Below, piece after piece: positions 1 to 14,444 of a DNA stretch of 64,000 bases. This DNA comes from Phoronis australis (Eukaryota; Animalia; Phoronida). The notes beneath the pieces were generated by a model that was not told where the DNA came from, made no database searches, and saw nothing but the letters and a program-made list of their open reading frames with translations. The stretch lies in contig NMRA01000429.1 of assembly GCA_002633005.1 (NCBI GenBank), positions 186,001-250,000 of the forward strand. Direction: 5' to 3'. How positions within the stretch are numbered: the stretch's first letter is position 1; the number at the start of each line of letters is the position of its first letter. Both the position numbers and the translations under genes were made by a program.

Positions 1-549
1 TTTAAACTAAGTGTAAAAGTGTCATAAAGTTAGGCCAGTTTAGTGAAAAAGAACCCATATCAGATTTATGTAACGTGTGGCATGTAATACAGAATTTTAA
101 GAAAGTGTACGTCTACTTGCATTTGGAGGTACTCATGTTACAAGTTAGAGGGTCATGCAGCAGAGTCAGCCGAAGAACATGTGGGGACCTCTATCGCAAA
201 AAAGAGGGAAATCCTTCTCACGAGTAGTCGTATACGTAATTCTTCCCAAAACTTCTTATTACAAGCTACGTACTTATGGTGTTTGGCGTGCTCAATACTA
301 CAAAATCCAAGAACCAGCTCATCTTTTGTAACCTGAAGGATATCCAAAAATGAAGGCTGTTTGCAAAAAGAACATTTTGATTTTGTAACTAAAAGACTTA
401 CAAGCATTTCTCTGCGCTTTGCCAAAGCCTTGTTTCTATTAGATCTACACTCGGAAGTTTATACTATCAGGAATGCACGTATCGAGTAAATTAAATGTTT
501 TTGGTTACTATACTTTACTTCACTATCACCCTTGTTTCTGTTTTGTTAG

Positions 550-735
550 TCATTGACACAGAGGGCAAATGCAGCCACGGAGGTGCTCCGGACACAACTC
601 GTTTTTTTGCTGCAACTGGTGGCATCAATAAAGACACAAGTGATGTTAATCTGTCGCCTCATCATGACTTGCACGTGACCGCCGCCAAGGCTGCAATAAA
701 AGCCACCGTTTTGTTTTTCGACAACAAAGTTAAAG
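550..735 (+). CDS. VWA7-like exon (GKCSHGG...GGINKD...SPHHDLH)
   Basis: ttttgttag acceptor (exact acceptor uncertain), AG|gtatgt donor, VWA7 signature motif. Confidence 0.85.
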
Positions 736-3700
736 GTATGTAGTTTATCTTCTCGGGAACAGATAGGCATGGAATTAAGTTCTGTTGGAGGTAAAAATGT
801 TCTAAAGATGCGGTGGAAATTGAGTGCAAAGTTACAGAAATGTTCTCCTGAACATTAACGTTGCCCATGAAAACAAAAAGTATACCATTGAAAGATTTAA
901 CGAATGTTTTCGAATCAACAGACCACGGAAATATCGTTGAATGGTAATGACTGTTGAAAGATTGTGTTGTCGAAACTATTGCAAAGACTAGTTTATGCTT
1001 TTTAAACAGTTCAAGGTTACCAGAGTGTTACCCTGCATATTCATCTTGTCACTGGGTGAGTTTTAGGCTTTACAAAAATTTTTGAATTCAAAAATTACGG
1101 AATGACATTTCAAAGCACGTAATGTTACCTGCTTCATTTTCATATAGGAACTGGACTAAGGCAAATTATTGGAGACGGCAAAGTGAAGGAGTTGCTGAAC
1201 ATGGGAAGTGGGAGATCGCTTGTGTTAGTGATTGACATCTCGGGTTCAATGAGTAACGATATCGCGGCTGTTAAGGTGGAAGTGAACAAACTCATCCGAA
1301 AAACTGCTGGAACACCAAACGCCCCATACAACTATGTGTTATCAACGTTTAGCGATCCGCGTGAGTACATTTGGCAGGACCATATTACCCATAACTTGTC
1401 TCAGTATTGTAATTTATATGTATATCATTTGATATGAAGTGTAGATATGTATAACTTGTTCGTCGGAACATTCTTCTACATAGTACCATTAAGCCAACAT
1501 ATAGCTACAGCTTAGTGACAAAACAGTGGCCCCGCCTCGTAGCCACAGGGACCCCACGTCGCGAAACCAAGGCAAAGAATTGTGGAAAAGGAAGGTGAGT
1601 CGAAGTTTCGACCGTGTAGAACTGAAAATGGTTGTGCAACCGATGGGGGGCTACTGGGAGGCGAATAGCTCGAATTGTGACGACCCGGGAGAGTTGAGGA
1701 TTGTTGCGACCGTGGTTAGATGAGCGTGCAGCTCAAACGTCTGATAGGTTCGTGTCACGAAAAACCCCAGCACAGCACTTAAGTTATGGGTTACATTCTG
1801 TTTCAAGAAAAGTCACCTAGTACTTAAGTAAAAAATTTGGTATTACGCTCCACGCGACTATTTCAGAAAAATAACTAAATCTCACTTTAACACAAGTACA
1901 AAGTCTTTTAGAATATACACATAGCTGCTAGTTACTGAGATAATTTCTATAAATTATCTCTAGACTTTGATCCACTCATAATTCCTTGGGTAAACCTTTT
2001 TCAGTAATTGTGAAGTGGTAGCGTAATACCAAATTTCCGTCTTAAGTCTTAAGTTGATTTCATAAAACAGACTCCTGGAGCATTGTCATCGTATCATTCT
2101 ATCAGATCTTTCCTTTTGTTGCTCAATTGCCTGAACGCTGAAACACAAGGTATATAATCGCAAACTCGGGGGCCAGATTCCACGCCTTAACACGGAGTTT
2201 CTTCTCATATCGCAATGAGATTGGTTCCAAAAGACAGAGAATAAGAGACACCAGGGTCTAAATAGGTGCACTTAATCCGCATTACATCAACATTTTTCAA
2301 CAAAATCCACGTTTCTGGAGAAGCAGGGAAAACATGCCGCCATTGTGTATTAGTACCATTTGAAGATGCTACGCTATTACACATTTCCGTTATAATACTA
2401 ATTTCAGCTAATCTAGGGAATGTCCGTGTTACCAAAGATTCCAACGAGTTTCAAAAGTGGATCGCGGATCTGCGGGTTGCAGGCGGAGGTGATTGTCCCG
2501 AATACTCCATGCTTGGTATAGAACGGGGTAAGTTAGGAGTTAAATTAACGTTGCACGGCAAATACTAAAACGTTATACGTAAATCATTTTATTTCAAAGT
2601 TGCCTTGAAGATCAGGGAATTGCCTTTCTCACCAGAGATTGAAGTTTTAACAGCGATGCCTATTTAATTTTCAGCTTTAAGTGTTGCTCTCACCGATTCC
2701 ACTGTTTATGTGTTCACGGACGCAGATGCTAAAGACCCGCAGAGACTCGACGGTGTCTTGGCGATGATAAAAGCAAAGAACATAAAACTGGAGTTTCTTC
2801 TTACTGGGAAATGTAGTGTTTCAAAGCGCTCTAAGTCAGGTAAAGTGGTTAATGCTTTACTTTTCTAATAGAGGACGCTTTTCTAATTTGCCACAAAACA
2901 TCATGGACCAAAATGAGGGTCCACTGATTGCTTCAACGGAACGATTTGCCGCCGTTAACGGGATTTATTGCCGTTGAGCAAGGCTTTAAAGGAAGACCAC
3001 TACCGAAATATACAAAGTATGGAAAGTCTCGATAAATAACGTGACATGATTCTTGTTATAGCTATCGTTATGTAAAATTAATGCATGTTCCCCGGAGTCA
3101 AACTTCTGATTTGATTGGCATCTGAGTGTAAGTAATTGTTTTCTCAATGTAAATTGGATCCTGATGGTGTTGCCATTCTTTATCATTTCACTCAACAAAT
3201 TTTACAGGCCAAAATGGTAACCAGATAAAAAGGCACAGGCGTTCGAGTGGTTCCGATATATACGCAATATTGGCTAAAAAATCTGGGGGTGGTGTAATTA
3301 ACACAGACAAGAAAAACATCGACGATGTCTCAAGAACCTTAACCGAGGTTAGAGTTTGTTAGCTTAGAGCATTTCGATACTTTGTTTTATAGTTTTTGGC
3401 GGTTACATCTTAAAATTTTTTTTGAGCCTTGCGGATTGAGTTATCGTGGAAACATGAAAACATTTCATATATGATCAGTGAGAGTCTAAAAACTTGCATA
3501 ACGCTGTCGGAGCAATCGGATGTTCTATTTTGAAAAAAATCACACTCGTCAAGGTACGAGTACATCTTGAACTGCTAACCATTTCATGTTTTTTATAACT
3601 CTATTTCTTAAGATTTACCATTTTCAGGGCACATCTACAACAGTGTCAAAGTTCAACCTCGCTCCTAATGATTCCAACAACTTCTACGTGGACAACACGA

Positions 3701-6700
3701 TGGTGGCCATTTCCGTTCACGTGACCTCTGACCCTAGTGTAAAGCCCCAAATACAATTATTTGATTCTGAAGGCAAGTTCTTACAGCAGAGACCCAAAAT
3801 TTCATATATTTGAATTCTGGTGCTATTTTTGGGGCGTCTGTTAGTCCGTTTCATAATCTTGAGTAAGCGGAACACAACGATTTTGTGACACACGGTTCGA
3901 CTACTCAACTAATTTTCCGTCTGAAAAAAAATAGTTAACTAGCAATCAATAAACCCTCTGAAACTGCTGTTCAGACTCCTTCGCATTGCCTTTCCTAGTT
4001 GAGTGCAAAAGTACGCAGGCAAGCCACGTGCACTGTTAAAAGATGGCCAGTAACAACAGTTCACCTCTGGCAGTATGTTGTCCTTCGTGATCTATCTACC
4101 TCTCGCCGTCCATCTTTCCAGAGGATGCATTTGTTTAATCTCTTACCTGGAATTACGTAATCGCGTGTTTTTTGTAACTAAAGCGGCCCTTGTGAAACAT
4201 TGGTTTCTAATTTATCGTTTTCATGTCAGAAAATAAAGCTTTATGGAAATACACTGGCACTGTCTTTGGCCACAAGTTGGATTGCTAGGTGGGTCCATTT
4301 ACATCAAAGAAAAAAAATCATGCGCTATTCTCATTTCAGGTTCACTGGCTACCAACTTCACTACAGTAGTAGACAGCTTCGGAATTAAAATTTTGTTTTT
4401 ATCCACGCCAATACCTGGTAAGAAAAGATGTTGACGTTTGGATGAGTTTAAAGTTTTATTTTGGACTATACTGTTACACTGCTGTCAAAATGCGATAGAT
4501 GTTGTATTTTTAGTATCCACAGATAAAACTTTTCCTTCCCTAGCTGCTTGACAGAGTTTAAATTCCTATGGTTTGGTATTTTGAGTTGGCATTCCTTTAA
4601 CTGTTTATCGTAAGGTGAACTTCCGCAGTGTACGCTTGTACGACAAATGGCTAGATTATTTAGAAAAGTGACTGGGCTGATAGCGGTAAGAAATTAGTAA
4701 GCTAGGGAATGAAATGCCCATTTTATTAATATTGACCTTGGGATTTGTACTTTAAAGTTTTTTGAAAACCATAACGTTACACCTTAACACATGCTCAAGA
4801 TACTCTGCTGTATCGCTTCCAACTAATATTAAATGTCGCAAATGAATTCAGTTTTGAAAATTAAAAGTTGATATTAGAAATCAAATAACATTAGCAATAG
4901 TAATAACAACAGCAACAAGAAGAATAAGAGTAAGACTAAGGATAAGAATAAAATTTAAGAAAAAAAAAAACGCAGGAATAACACTCCTCTACGCGTGTAT
5001 GCGCAGAGTAATGATAACAGTTATAATAACGATCATGGTAATGAGGAACTCGAAATTCAATAGGTGGCGCTAGTGTTACAAGGATCATACCCGTAGACAT
5101 ACATGCTTTCGGGGCTGCATTTTGCAAAGCTAGTTTCTTGCTAGAAAGAGAGATATCGCCATGCATTACGAATTATCACTCATGAGTCTCTTGCACTGTG
5201 AAAACGCAAGATCAAGCAAGGTTTGCATTACAAACGAAGAATGTGATCACACTAGCGTTACTCGCACAATTCTTGCGTCTAAGGAACGCAGCCCTACATT
5301 CTTTTCTCAGGTGTTAAAAATTTGCTAAATACGCAGGAGTGTTGGCTGTTATTTTAGAAACTCGTTCGAGTTACCGGTATATTGGTTGATCGACAAAGTT
5401 CATGTCTCATCTTAAGGCAAACAAAAAGTGAGACAAGGCTTACAATTTCAATAACACGTCAAAAGGGCCAAAACCCAATCAGGGTGCAAGCTGATACACT
5501 TTTACATGACACAATGAAAACCGATAAAAGAAAATAGCCAATGTGCGGCGCAACACGGATTTTTCATATGTTATAAGCAAAGATTCCAAAATCTTCAACC
5601 TGTGGATGTCATTCTCAATATAACGAATGTCAAGTATAACAGGTATGAACGACCTCCTCTCTAGTGGGTCCGAATTTACCGATGTAGAAAACGATCTTGT
5701 ATGGATCCCCTGCAGGCTCATACACTATGGTGGCACCGCATGTTTTCCTTCCCAATCATTGGTCATGCTTATGCAGCTTCCCAGATTTAGTGTGTCCAAC
5801 AAGAAGATACATGTAGCACTGCCGTGAATTTAACAATTACTACGTACTCAAGGACTGTAGCCAAATTGATATTATATAACTGCATTTTGCCCTGTTTAAC
5901 TGAACACAAAACAAAATTAAATTAAATTAGGCCTTTTATTTTCATGAAATCGGCCAAGCCGCAGGCGATGCGTACATGCACCTTTCTAAAATTTGCCATT
6001 TTAAGGCCAACCAAACCCAGTAAACTCTGAGGCGTTTCCTTGAGTTGCTGATAGTTTCGATGTTCTTTTTAGCAACAAAAATGGAACCTATCTTGGTAAC
6101 GAATATTATGGAACAGATGTTATGGGAGTGTAAGGCGTAACTCAATTTTCGTTTTTATCCAGCTAAACAGAGCGAATTGCAGCTTTATAGAGATGACTTT
6201 CTGCATTACCCCCACCTAGTGAGCACCAATGTAAATGAAATGTAGCACGTCTCGTTCGTACTTGCAGGACCTTGGACTATCATCACCGATCACGAAGACT
6301 ACTCGGTTGAAGTTAAAGCGTCGACAAGCTTTGGCTTTCGTTACAGCTTCATTGAAGAAAAGCTACCAGGCTACTGGCTTCCAGTGGACTCAAATCCGAT
6401 AATAGGTGATATTTCTTTTTAGGTTTTATTTTGTTTTGTTTAAAAGTGTTCGAGAAGGAGCACCATAGATGCTCTTGATATCTGTCATGAAAACATTGCT
6501 TCACACTAGCAGACGCGAACACACGCACGCACGTTCATACACAAGTTGTTCTTACGGTTAGTATTCTTTGGTTTGTTCTATGGACGTTCCTGGAAGCAGC
6601 ACCAGATGGCGCGATTGACATTTTTGCGGTGGAGTGCGTGCATATTAGCTGCATTTGCTTCACTCTGCCGGTTCAGCTAGGTCAACCGGCTAAGACATCC

Positions 6701-9700
6701 CATTGGTTTGTAAGCTGGATGTCGTCAGCGAGAACCAATCAAATAAAGCATTCTAGTGATCTCATTTAGATTGCACAAGGCTTAATAAAATTTCCATCAA
6801 TGGAGAGGTTTCGCAAAGCGAAGTGAACGTAAATTATGACGCATACGCTACAGTTACAAAAGTGGGTTTCGCAACAACTAAATTTTTACGCGAACATGAA
6901 AGTATACGTGAACATTACTGTGCTCAGGGTGTCCAGTTACTGTAGGCCTAGTACATGTCAGCTACTTTTCAAAAAAAAACAAAAAACGTAAAAGTCATTT
7001 TGCCATTGCAACTTGTTTTACGTGAAAAAATCGTTTCTACGAACTCCTGCGAGAAATGGTCAACTCTTAGAATGCAAAATTTAATTGAAGTTTAAAATAA
7101 ATAGGTGCATGCAAATTAAGCATGTAAAATTTTAACAACACAAAATTATATCTGTTAAAAATCCATTCCAGTTCGATGATATCCAGCGAACCCCGGCAGA
7201 ATAAGGATTTGGGAAAAGGTGCTTTCTTGCAAATAAACTTTAAGGACATTCATAGAGAAAAGAATCGTGTTGATTTCATACTGAAGCAAAAAAAATTATT
7301 TCGATGTCTTACCAAACAAGGATTAAAAGGGAGCCACAGGTATTGCGTTTAAGCGACGCGAATCTCCCTGTATTCACGTGAAACACTCAAACACTTTTGG
7401 GATTACATGTAGCTAACAATGGCATTGATGACGCGGTATTACAAATGCGTGATAATTCACGTTCACGTCTTTTTGCGAGACCGCTCTAATGTCAAATGAC
7501 AGAATGACGCATTCATGTAAATAGTGAGTGAAGAGGAGTCAGTGTGGCCTGGTTGATAAGTGCCCGCTTTCTTTACTCGAGGTCGTGGGTTCAAGTCCCA
7601 CCAGGTCACACTGCTAAACGCTTGAGCCAGGTTTCTAGCTCCTCAGCTCGGTTTTAACCATATATCAATAAAGCATAAAAATATTTCCAGGTGATCAGTG
7701 CAATGGGCCCACATGCGAGGCCTGCGCACGTCTGGTACAACGTGTATCAGACCGCCTGCAATTATTTTTTTTAAATAGTGAGCTTATTGAGTTAATTTCA
7801 CGTGATTTCTCACCGTAGCGATACAACACCTTTAACGTACATATTGGTGTTTAGGAAAAAACGTCACCATAGTGATAGAGACGGTTGGCCACGACCACAT
7901 AGATTCCCTGAAGACGGTGCAGTTGCTCAGCGTGAATACCGGCGATATTATCCAATCATCGTCGCTTGTCAGGGTCGAAGGTCGAGTGGATATTAATTAC
8001 AGGGCTCAAGTTGTACTCAACGATGAGGTAAAATTTGCACCCTGCACGTGAAATATCTAATCAAAACCAATTTATATAGGCATACTTATTTTGTAAGTTT
8101 TGAATTTAAATGTTAGAGCGATTTCAAGGTTTGTCTAGGCTTGTGCTTTCTACATTCTAGGAGACTTTTCATAAACTTAGTGACGGCAAAATTAAGTTTC
8201 AGAGAATAGAAACTGCGACATGCGCTAGATGGACCTCCCTGAACATGGCATTCACGTTGTCACATGGAGCCTTGATCGTTGAAAATTCCCCATGTAGGTA
8301 ACCAACATTTCGTTTTCATTCCTTTGGGGTCACGAAAGAGGACCCAATGATGATGAGCGCCATGTTTCCCATTCCTTTGCATTAAACTTGACAGTACATT
8401 CAATCTCCAAAAAAATTGCTACAATAAACCATTTACGTTACATCTGTGTGTCCATTCAGGCTGTGCGTATTGCTGTCTTTGGTTACGATAAGGAAAATAA
8501 CACAGTGGAACGAACGGCAGCCGCACCAGTTGAAGCAGACTCCGCGAAACTGGAGGTTTACGGGACTTCCGGTGAGTCGCGTGCATAGAGATTATTGCCA
8601 AGATTGCGTGTCATTATTTTATTGCATTTGTGCCAATTAATGCACATTTTGGTGGTCACTCTGTTAAAAAATAAATGAGTCACTGGTAAAATGCTGTTAT
8701 GCATCGATCTGTGTGCGTGTGTGCGTGTGTGAGCAAACTACTGGAGTAAACGGGAAATGAAAGCGCTCCGAGGAGCGAAACTTGGCGAAATTAACCAAAA
8801 AAAAACACGTTAGAGATGACGAGAAAAGACGACGACAGAGATGATGAAGAAGATGACAGCTATGACAACGATGGTGGCGATGATGGACAATGCAAGTTAT
8901 GATATCATTCATATTACGAACGTAGAGGTCAGGTATCACTAAGAAATAGGCTACAGTCTTGAGCGACACTTGGCGAAATTATCGAAGAAAAGACGACGTC
9001 GGAGATGATGACGAAGATGACGAATGTGATGATGGTGGTGGCGATTATGAACAACATCATAACAATCATATGACGAACTTAGATGTCATAAATCAATAAG
9101 AAATATTCTACAGTCTAGTTCAATAGAAGCTAAACCAACATTAATGCAGCAAGAGCGCTCAACAAAGGAACAGCGTTATCAGAAAATCTCAAATAACTCA
9201 AAAAGTAAACGTCGTAGCGGAAAATGGAAAATATCTTCTGAAAGCCCGTTTAAAATTCTATCTAAACTGATGGTATCGCCTAATTCTGTAAATTTTTTCG
9301 AAAAAAATGAAATTTTGGGTTTTTTAAGAAATTTAAAGGCAAATATCTCGAAAACGGTAAGTCTGAGAAAAAAATTGATGTAGTTCATTTAAAAGAGTAT
9401 ACCTTAAAGAATCCACATGCAAAAATTTACGTCATTTTCTTATCGCGTTAAGGTGGCACCTCAGCACGACTGAAAATAGGTCAACATGCGCCAGAACCGC
9501 CATCTTGAAAGCAACTTCCGGTTTTTTGGCTTTATATAATAGCATGTCATAAGGAACTAAAACTTGTGAAAATTCGAAGGAATTGGTCTCATAATGCGCC
9601 CTCTACAGGAGAAAACGTTTTTAGGCCAAAATCGAGGTGCGCATGCGCGATCGCCGATAATTCCGCCATCTTTAACTGGAAGTAAACAATTTCCGGTATA

Positions 9701-12700
9701 CTTATAGCAAACTTCCTGTCCATTTATTGTGTCGATTCTTAGCCTTTTACGTAAAAAATTGTAGCCTCCAGAAGTATTTGAAGCTTTAAATGGAAACAAA
9801 ATGGCCGCCACAGCCGCCATCTTGGATCCGATTTTGACGAAAAACAATAGGCTTCCAGTACTTCCGGAAGTACGTGTTATGTGTAAATTTCGTGATGATC
9901 ATAACGAAAATTGCAACCTGTATCGTGCAAATAAAAAAAAAACAAGTAACAAACTTAGTGGAAGAGCAACATACTTGGCGAAATTTATTTCGCCAAGTAA
10001 TAACCCTCGTAGACCCGGATTTAGGATTATTACTGAAGGGGGTATGGCAACCATGGGAACATGTCACATTTCACCAATGCAGCAAAACAATACTGGTTAA
10101 GCAGAGGTCATGACCTCTGACCCCCCACGGATCCATGCTTGTTTGCTTGTCTGCAATGGGTTCTGGCCTACGTCAGCTAAGTATGCAACATTGCTTTAAA
10201 AATACATAGGAAAAGCTGTAATTTTAATCAATGGCTTTCTCGATACGTGAACATAACAGGTGAACGAAAACAAGTTTGTGCATCATAAGTGAATGGATTA
10301 TGACGTCACCTATATCCTTTCCTAATCCAAAATCCATATAGGATATTTTTCTACCAAGCACTATTGACAGTTCGAAATTCTGATTCGTTACTACTAACAA
10401 GCTCTTAAAGAATCGAACTAGTAACCGTTTCAAGTCGTTGTTGCCGACTTGAAGTCGTTTTCACTTAGTATCGACAACTAAAATCCTATACTTGTAACAA
10501 TACTCGTTTTGGACACATTAGCATTAGGTGTAAGATAGTAATCTGCTTTGCAGGAAAGACATGGTATTTAATTGTATATACATTGTCTAAAGAAAATACA
10601 AACAACTGTGGGGTTCATGCAGTTGGGTCCTGCTTCATCAAAGTGACTTGAGACAGAAATTTGATAATTGCTGAATAAAAGTTTAGCCAATTAATCATGA
10701 ATTCATCACAGTTTAGAAATAATACTGTAGACGCAAGAACCTCGCGATGTTAGGGTGATCACGTGCTTCGCTTGCAATACATGGCGATATATTTTGCGAC
10801 GTCTTGCGTGCTATTGCATTTTCCCGAGGTTCTCGTGTCTATGAAGCGCCGGTCTACCCGGATGTTTCAGCTGGTGTAAGCACGAAGTTATTTGGGTGGG
10901 GGAGGGGGGGAGGTACGGATACCACGTGACTTCCAACGCGTAGCCATACTGCTAACTTGCTACAAATACCTTGTAGGGGATGTTCGACCTGGCTCAACAG
11001 TTACGGTGAAGTTCAACCTAATTAACTTTGACAACGATGCGACTACACTTTCTGTCAACGCAAGAACTAATGCCGTAAGATTTGATATTGCTTATTACAA
11101 CCATTCCCATTTTCAGCAACAAGAAAAGCAAATCAAAGGACGCTGAGTACTATTAAGACCGGCCACCAGCCGTGGCGGCTGAATTTTGTATCAGTCTGTA
11201 GTCGTTCAATCCGGTTTCTATGGAATGCCGCAAAATATGTCACTGTTCTCCTCCAGACCTTTAGAACAAAACGAATAGTATACCATGGGCGGCGCAGCAC
11301 TGAAAAAAGTGGGGTCTATAGCTCCCCATCCCCCTATGGTGCGCCGCCCATGTACACAACCAGCAACCTCGCTTACTACTTTCGTATTTTCTGTGCAACC
11401 TGCACTCACATTTGTGTCTTCATTGACTAGGTGATCTTTCTAAAATCAATAATAATAACTCACACAATCTGTAAATGAAATCAACATTTTCATCGGCTCG
11501 ATTACACCGAAAAGGTGAAACGCCCCAGGCCCATGATAAGGTAGCCGTTGTTATCAGCCACTTTTGAAAAATTCCTACAATCTTTACCCGCTCGTCGCGG
11601 GTTCCACACATTCTAGTCGTAATCTAAATTTTTCTCCATTCGGATGATACCAATCTTTAGGGGAACTGCCCGTTCTCTACCGCCCACTACCACTAGACAA
11701 GTAACCAGCCTGTGAATACAGACATACGGGATACAGGTATTGATATGATCGTGGAACACAGTTTGGTCCAAATTTTGCCGTTTGTAGTCTCACAAATCTA
11801 GATTTGTATGACACTGCGCTATCTGGTGGTGTGATTTTACAAACAGAACAGGCATTCTAACCTGGGCTGGTTGCGTGAAAATCATTAAAAACTTATCCGC
11901 TGCATAATTGTTATACATTCGTGGTGAAACGGTCGTGGAATAATTGTCTTACTTTTCCTACAAATGCGAAATAACTACCGTTATTCCCCATAAAACTGGG
12001 GCAATATGATTGACAATTACGAAATTGATTTCTCAGCGGGAAATTTAAGATGTTTATAATCTGATAGGTCACTTTTGTAGTAGCGTGTTCCCTCTGTGAC
12101 GTCACTTAAAGCAAGAACAAGCCACCAGTCATTTATAAACTGGCTAGATTTATTGGCGAGAAAAATCTAGCCAAAATCACGTGCTCATTACTATATCTCG
12201 CGTAAACTCGCAAAGTCTTGCTTTTCTAGTGAGGTCCAAGCGTTATTGGAATCTACCTTGCACACCGGTATTGGTATTATGTAAGAATCCTGGTTTTGAT
12301 TGATGAAATAAACGTATTACGATAGAAGATAAATAAGTTTCAGCACTTAATTACTACTTCAAGAATCATTGACACTTTCTACAAAACTATTTTAGACTGA
12401 CCATAAAAAGCTTGTTTTTATATTTCACGTTAAAGTTGATTTGAAATACATCGCATTCTTATGAAAAATGAAGGAGATGTGTACCCAAATAATGAGGTTA
12501 GCCAACAGAGTTCCATTAGGTTCAGGCGCGCAGCTAGACTTCTTGGCATGTACGCATTGACTTCTTGGTCGAGTGCTATAAACTGCAACGTCCCCCTTTC
12601 GTGTTTGGAAATAGAGACATACGTCCAACATAAGCAGTTTCAGTTGTGTAGATTACACCCTGAACATCGGAGCAGCAGATGAAAAGGGCGGAGTCAAAAA

Positions 12701-14401
12701 TGTGACGGAATGATGAGAATTGGGAAGGACGGGGTTGAGGTGGAAAAGACCAAACATTTTTTCGGTTTGCATTCTCAGGTTGCATGTCATTGTCGTATCG
12801 CCTGTCAAACGCTAAATCTCTATACACTTTGCGCCACAGCACCAGAGATGTTCTCCCGCACAAAAACAGAAAATTAAATCCATTTAAAATAAATTCAGTT
12901 CATGCAACCAATGTTTCGACCCTCTTTTTACACAGTTGTTGTGGTATTGTTGAAAATTTCCACTTCGAAACCTAATATTGACTGCATGTTTTAATGGCGT
13001 GCTATTAAATCAAACAATGGCACGTCTTTCACAACTCCGCCCTTTCCATTTCACGTCTGTCCTGTGCATCGTTGGGTCTGCCTTTCTTACATCAGATGAT
13101 CAAGCCAGTTCAAGTGTCATATTGCAAACGAGTTGATTCTTCCGATTTGACATTATGCACATGCGAGTGAAAAATATACGTTGAATAATCTACGCACTGG
13201 TGATGTCATCAGAGATCTTCGTGTTTAAAAGATCTCTGCTGTCAGATCCAAAGTGTTATGCTGAAAAGAGACATAAAAAATTAATTGGACGCATTTTTGT
13301 TTTTGATTTGACGAACTTGGTTCTTAGGTCTAATCTTTAAAACAATTATATCCCATTAGTGAATGAACGGACATAATCTCGAAATTGTGGTTCGGAAGAA
13401 AAACGATTAGAGTACAAACCGCGCTTTTCATGAACACGTCGCAAGTATCACATGTACTCAATGTACTCAAAAATTAAATTAAGGAGAATGCGATGTTTTT
13501 TGCAGAAAGGAGAATACAAGCAACATTTTGAAATTGATCTGCGTTCCCTAGGGTTGTTTGACTAAAATCTCGGAAAGTTAAAACATGTTTACATATAACC
13601 CACAGGGAGACTTACGCCAAATCTTACGGCTGGTCGTAAGTCCGTTTAGACTTTGTGCAGAAACGTCGTAAAATCACCACAATTTAGTGAATTAGGCCCC
13701 TGGGCTTATTAGTTTTCATGTATTAGTCTAAATAACTATCGGAAGACCAAACACTAATTGATGTATTCACATTTATTAAGACGGGCGACGTTCATTATGG
13801 GAAATACGGTATGTTGGAAGGGGCAAGACGACAGATTGCACTGATTATAATTAAATTATTTATAGCGAGGACTGAGAAATGCAGAGCAGACAATCCGGAG
13901 AAACGTATGATGCGATTGTACATTCAGAACCAATTATCTATTTGGTTAATCACGTAGAAGAGGTATTACGGGACGCGTTGCTCAGACTCTTTCACAACCA
14001 GTTTCTGAGGGGAGGGGGGGGGGNGGGGGGGGTGCTCGACAACATTGTTGACTGGGGACTGAAGCAGGAAAATAAAGACACCCTCCTGTTTAGAGAGTGG
14101 ATTAGATCAAAGAGCTTTTTCAATGACCATCACCCTTTGGAAGGGTTACTCCATGAGCCTGGCCCTTTCGAAGGGATTCTTGGACGGCTGATTTTTAACC
14201 CATTAAGCCCGAAACAGTACAAAAAGAGACGCCATGTTGTCAGAAATGAGTAGATCATTGGTAACAAAAGTTTTTAATACATACATACATATATAAATAC
14301 ATACATACATACATACATACATACATACATACATACATACATACATGTACATGCATACTTACATACATACACACACACGCACACGTACACGCACACGCAC
14401 A

Positions 14402-14444
<43 letters not shown>

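Noticed and set aside
5311-5376. Candidate VWA7-like exon after ttttctcag
   Set aside because: In-frame TAG in the required phase; exon 4340-4417 already bridges the gap.
7533-7605. Functional tRNA gene
   Set aside because: Has A/B boxes but no convincing acceptor or anticodon stems; treated as a SINE head.
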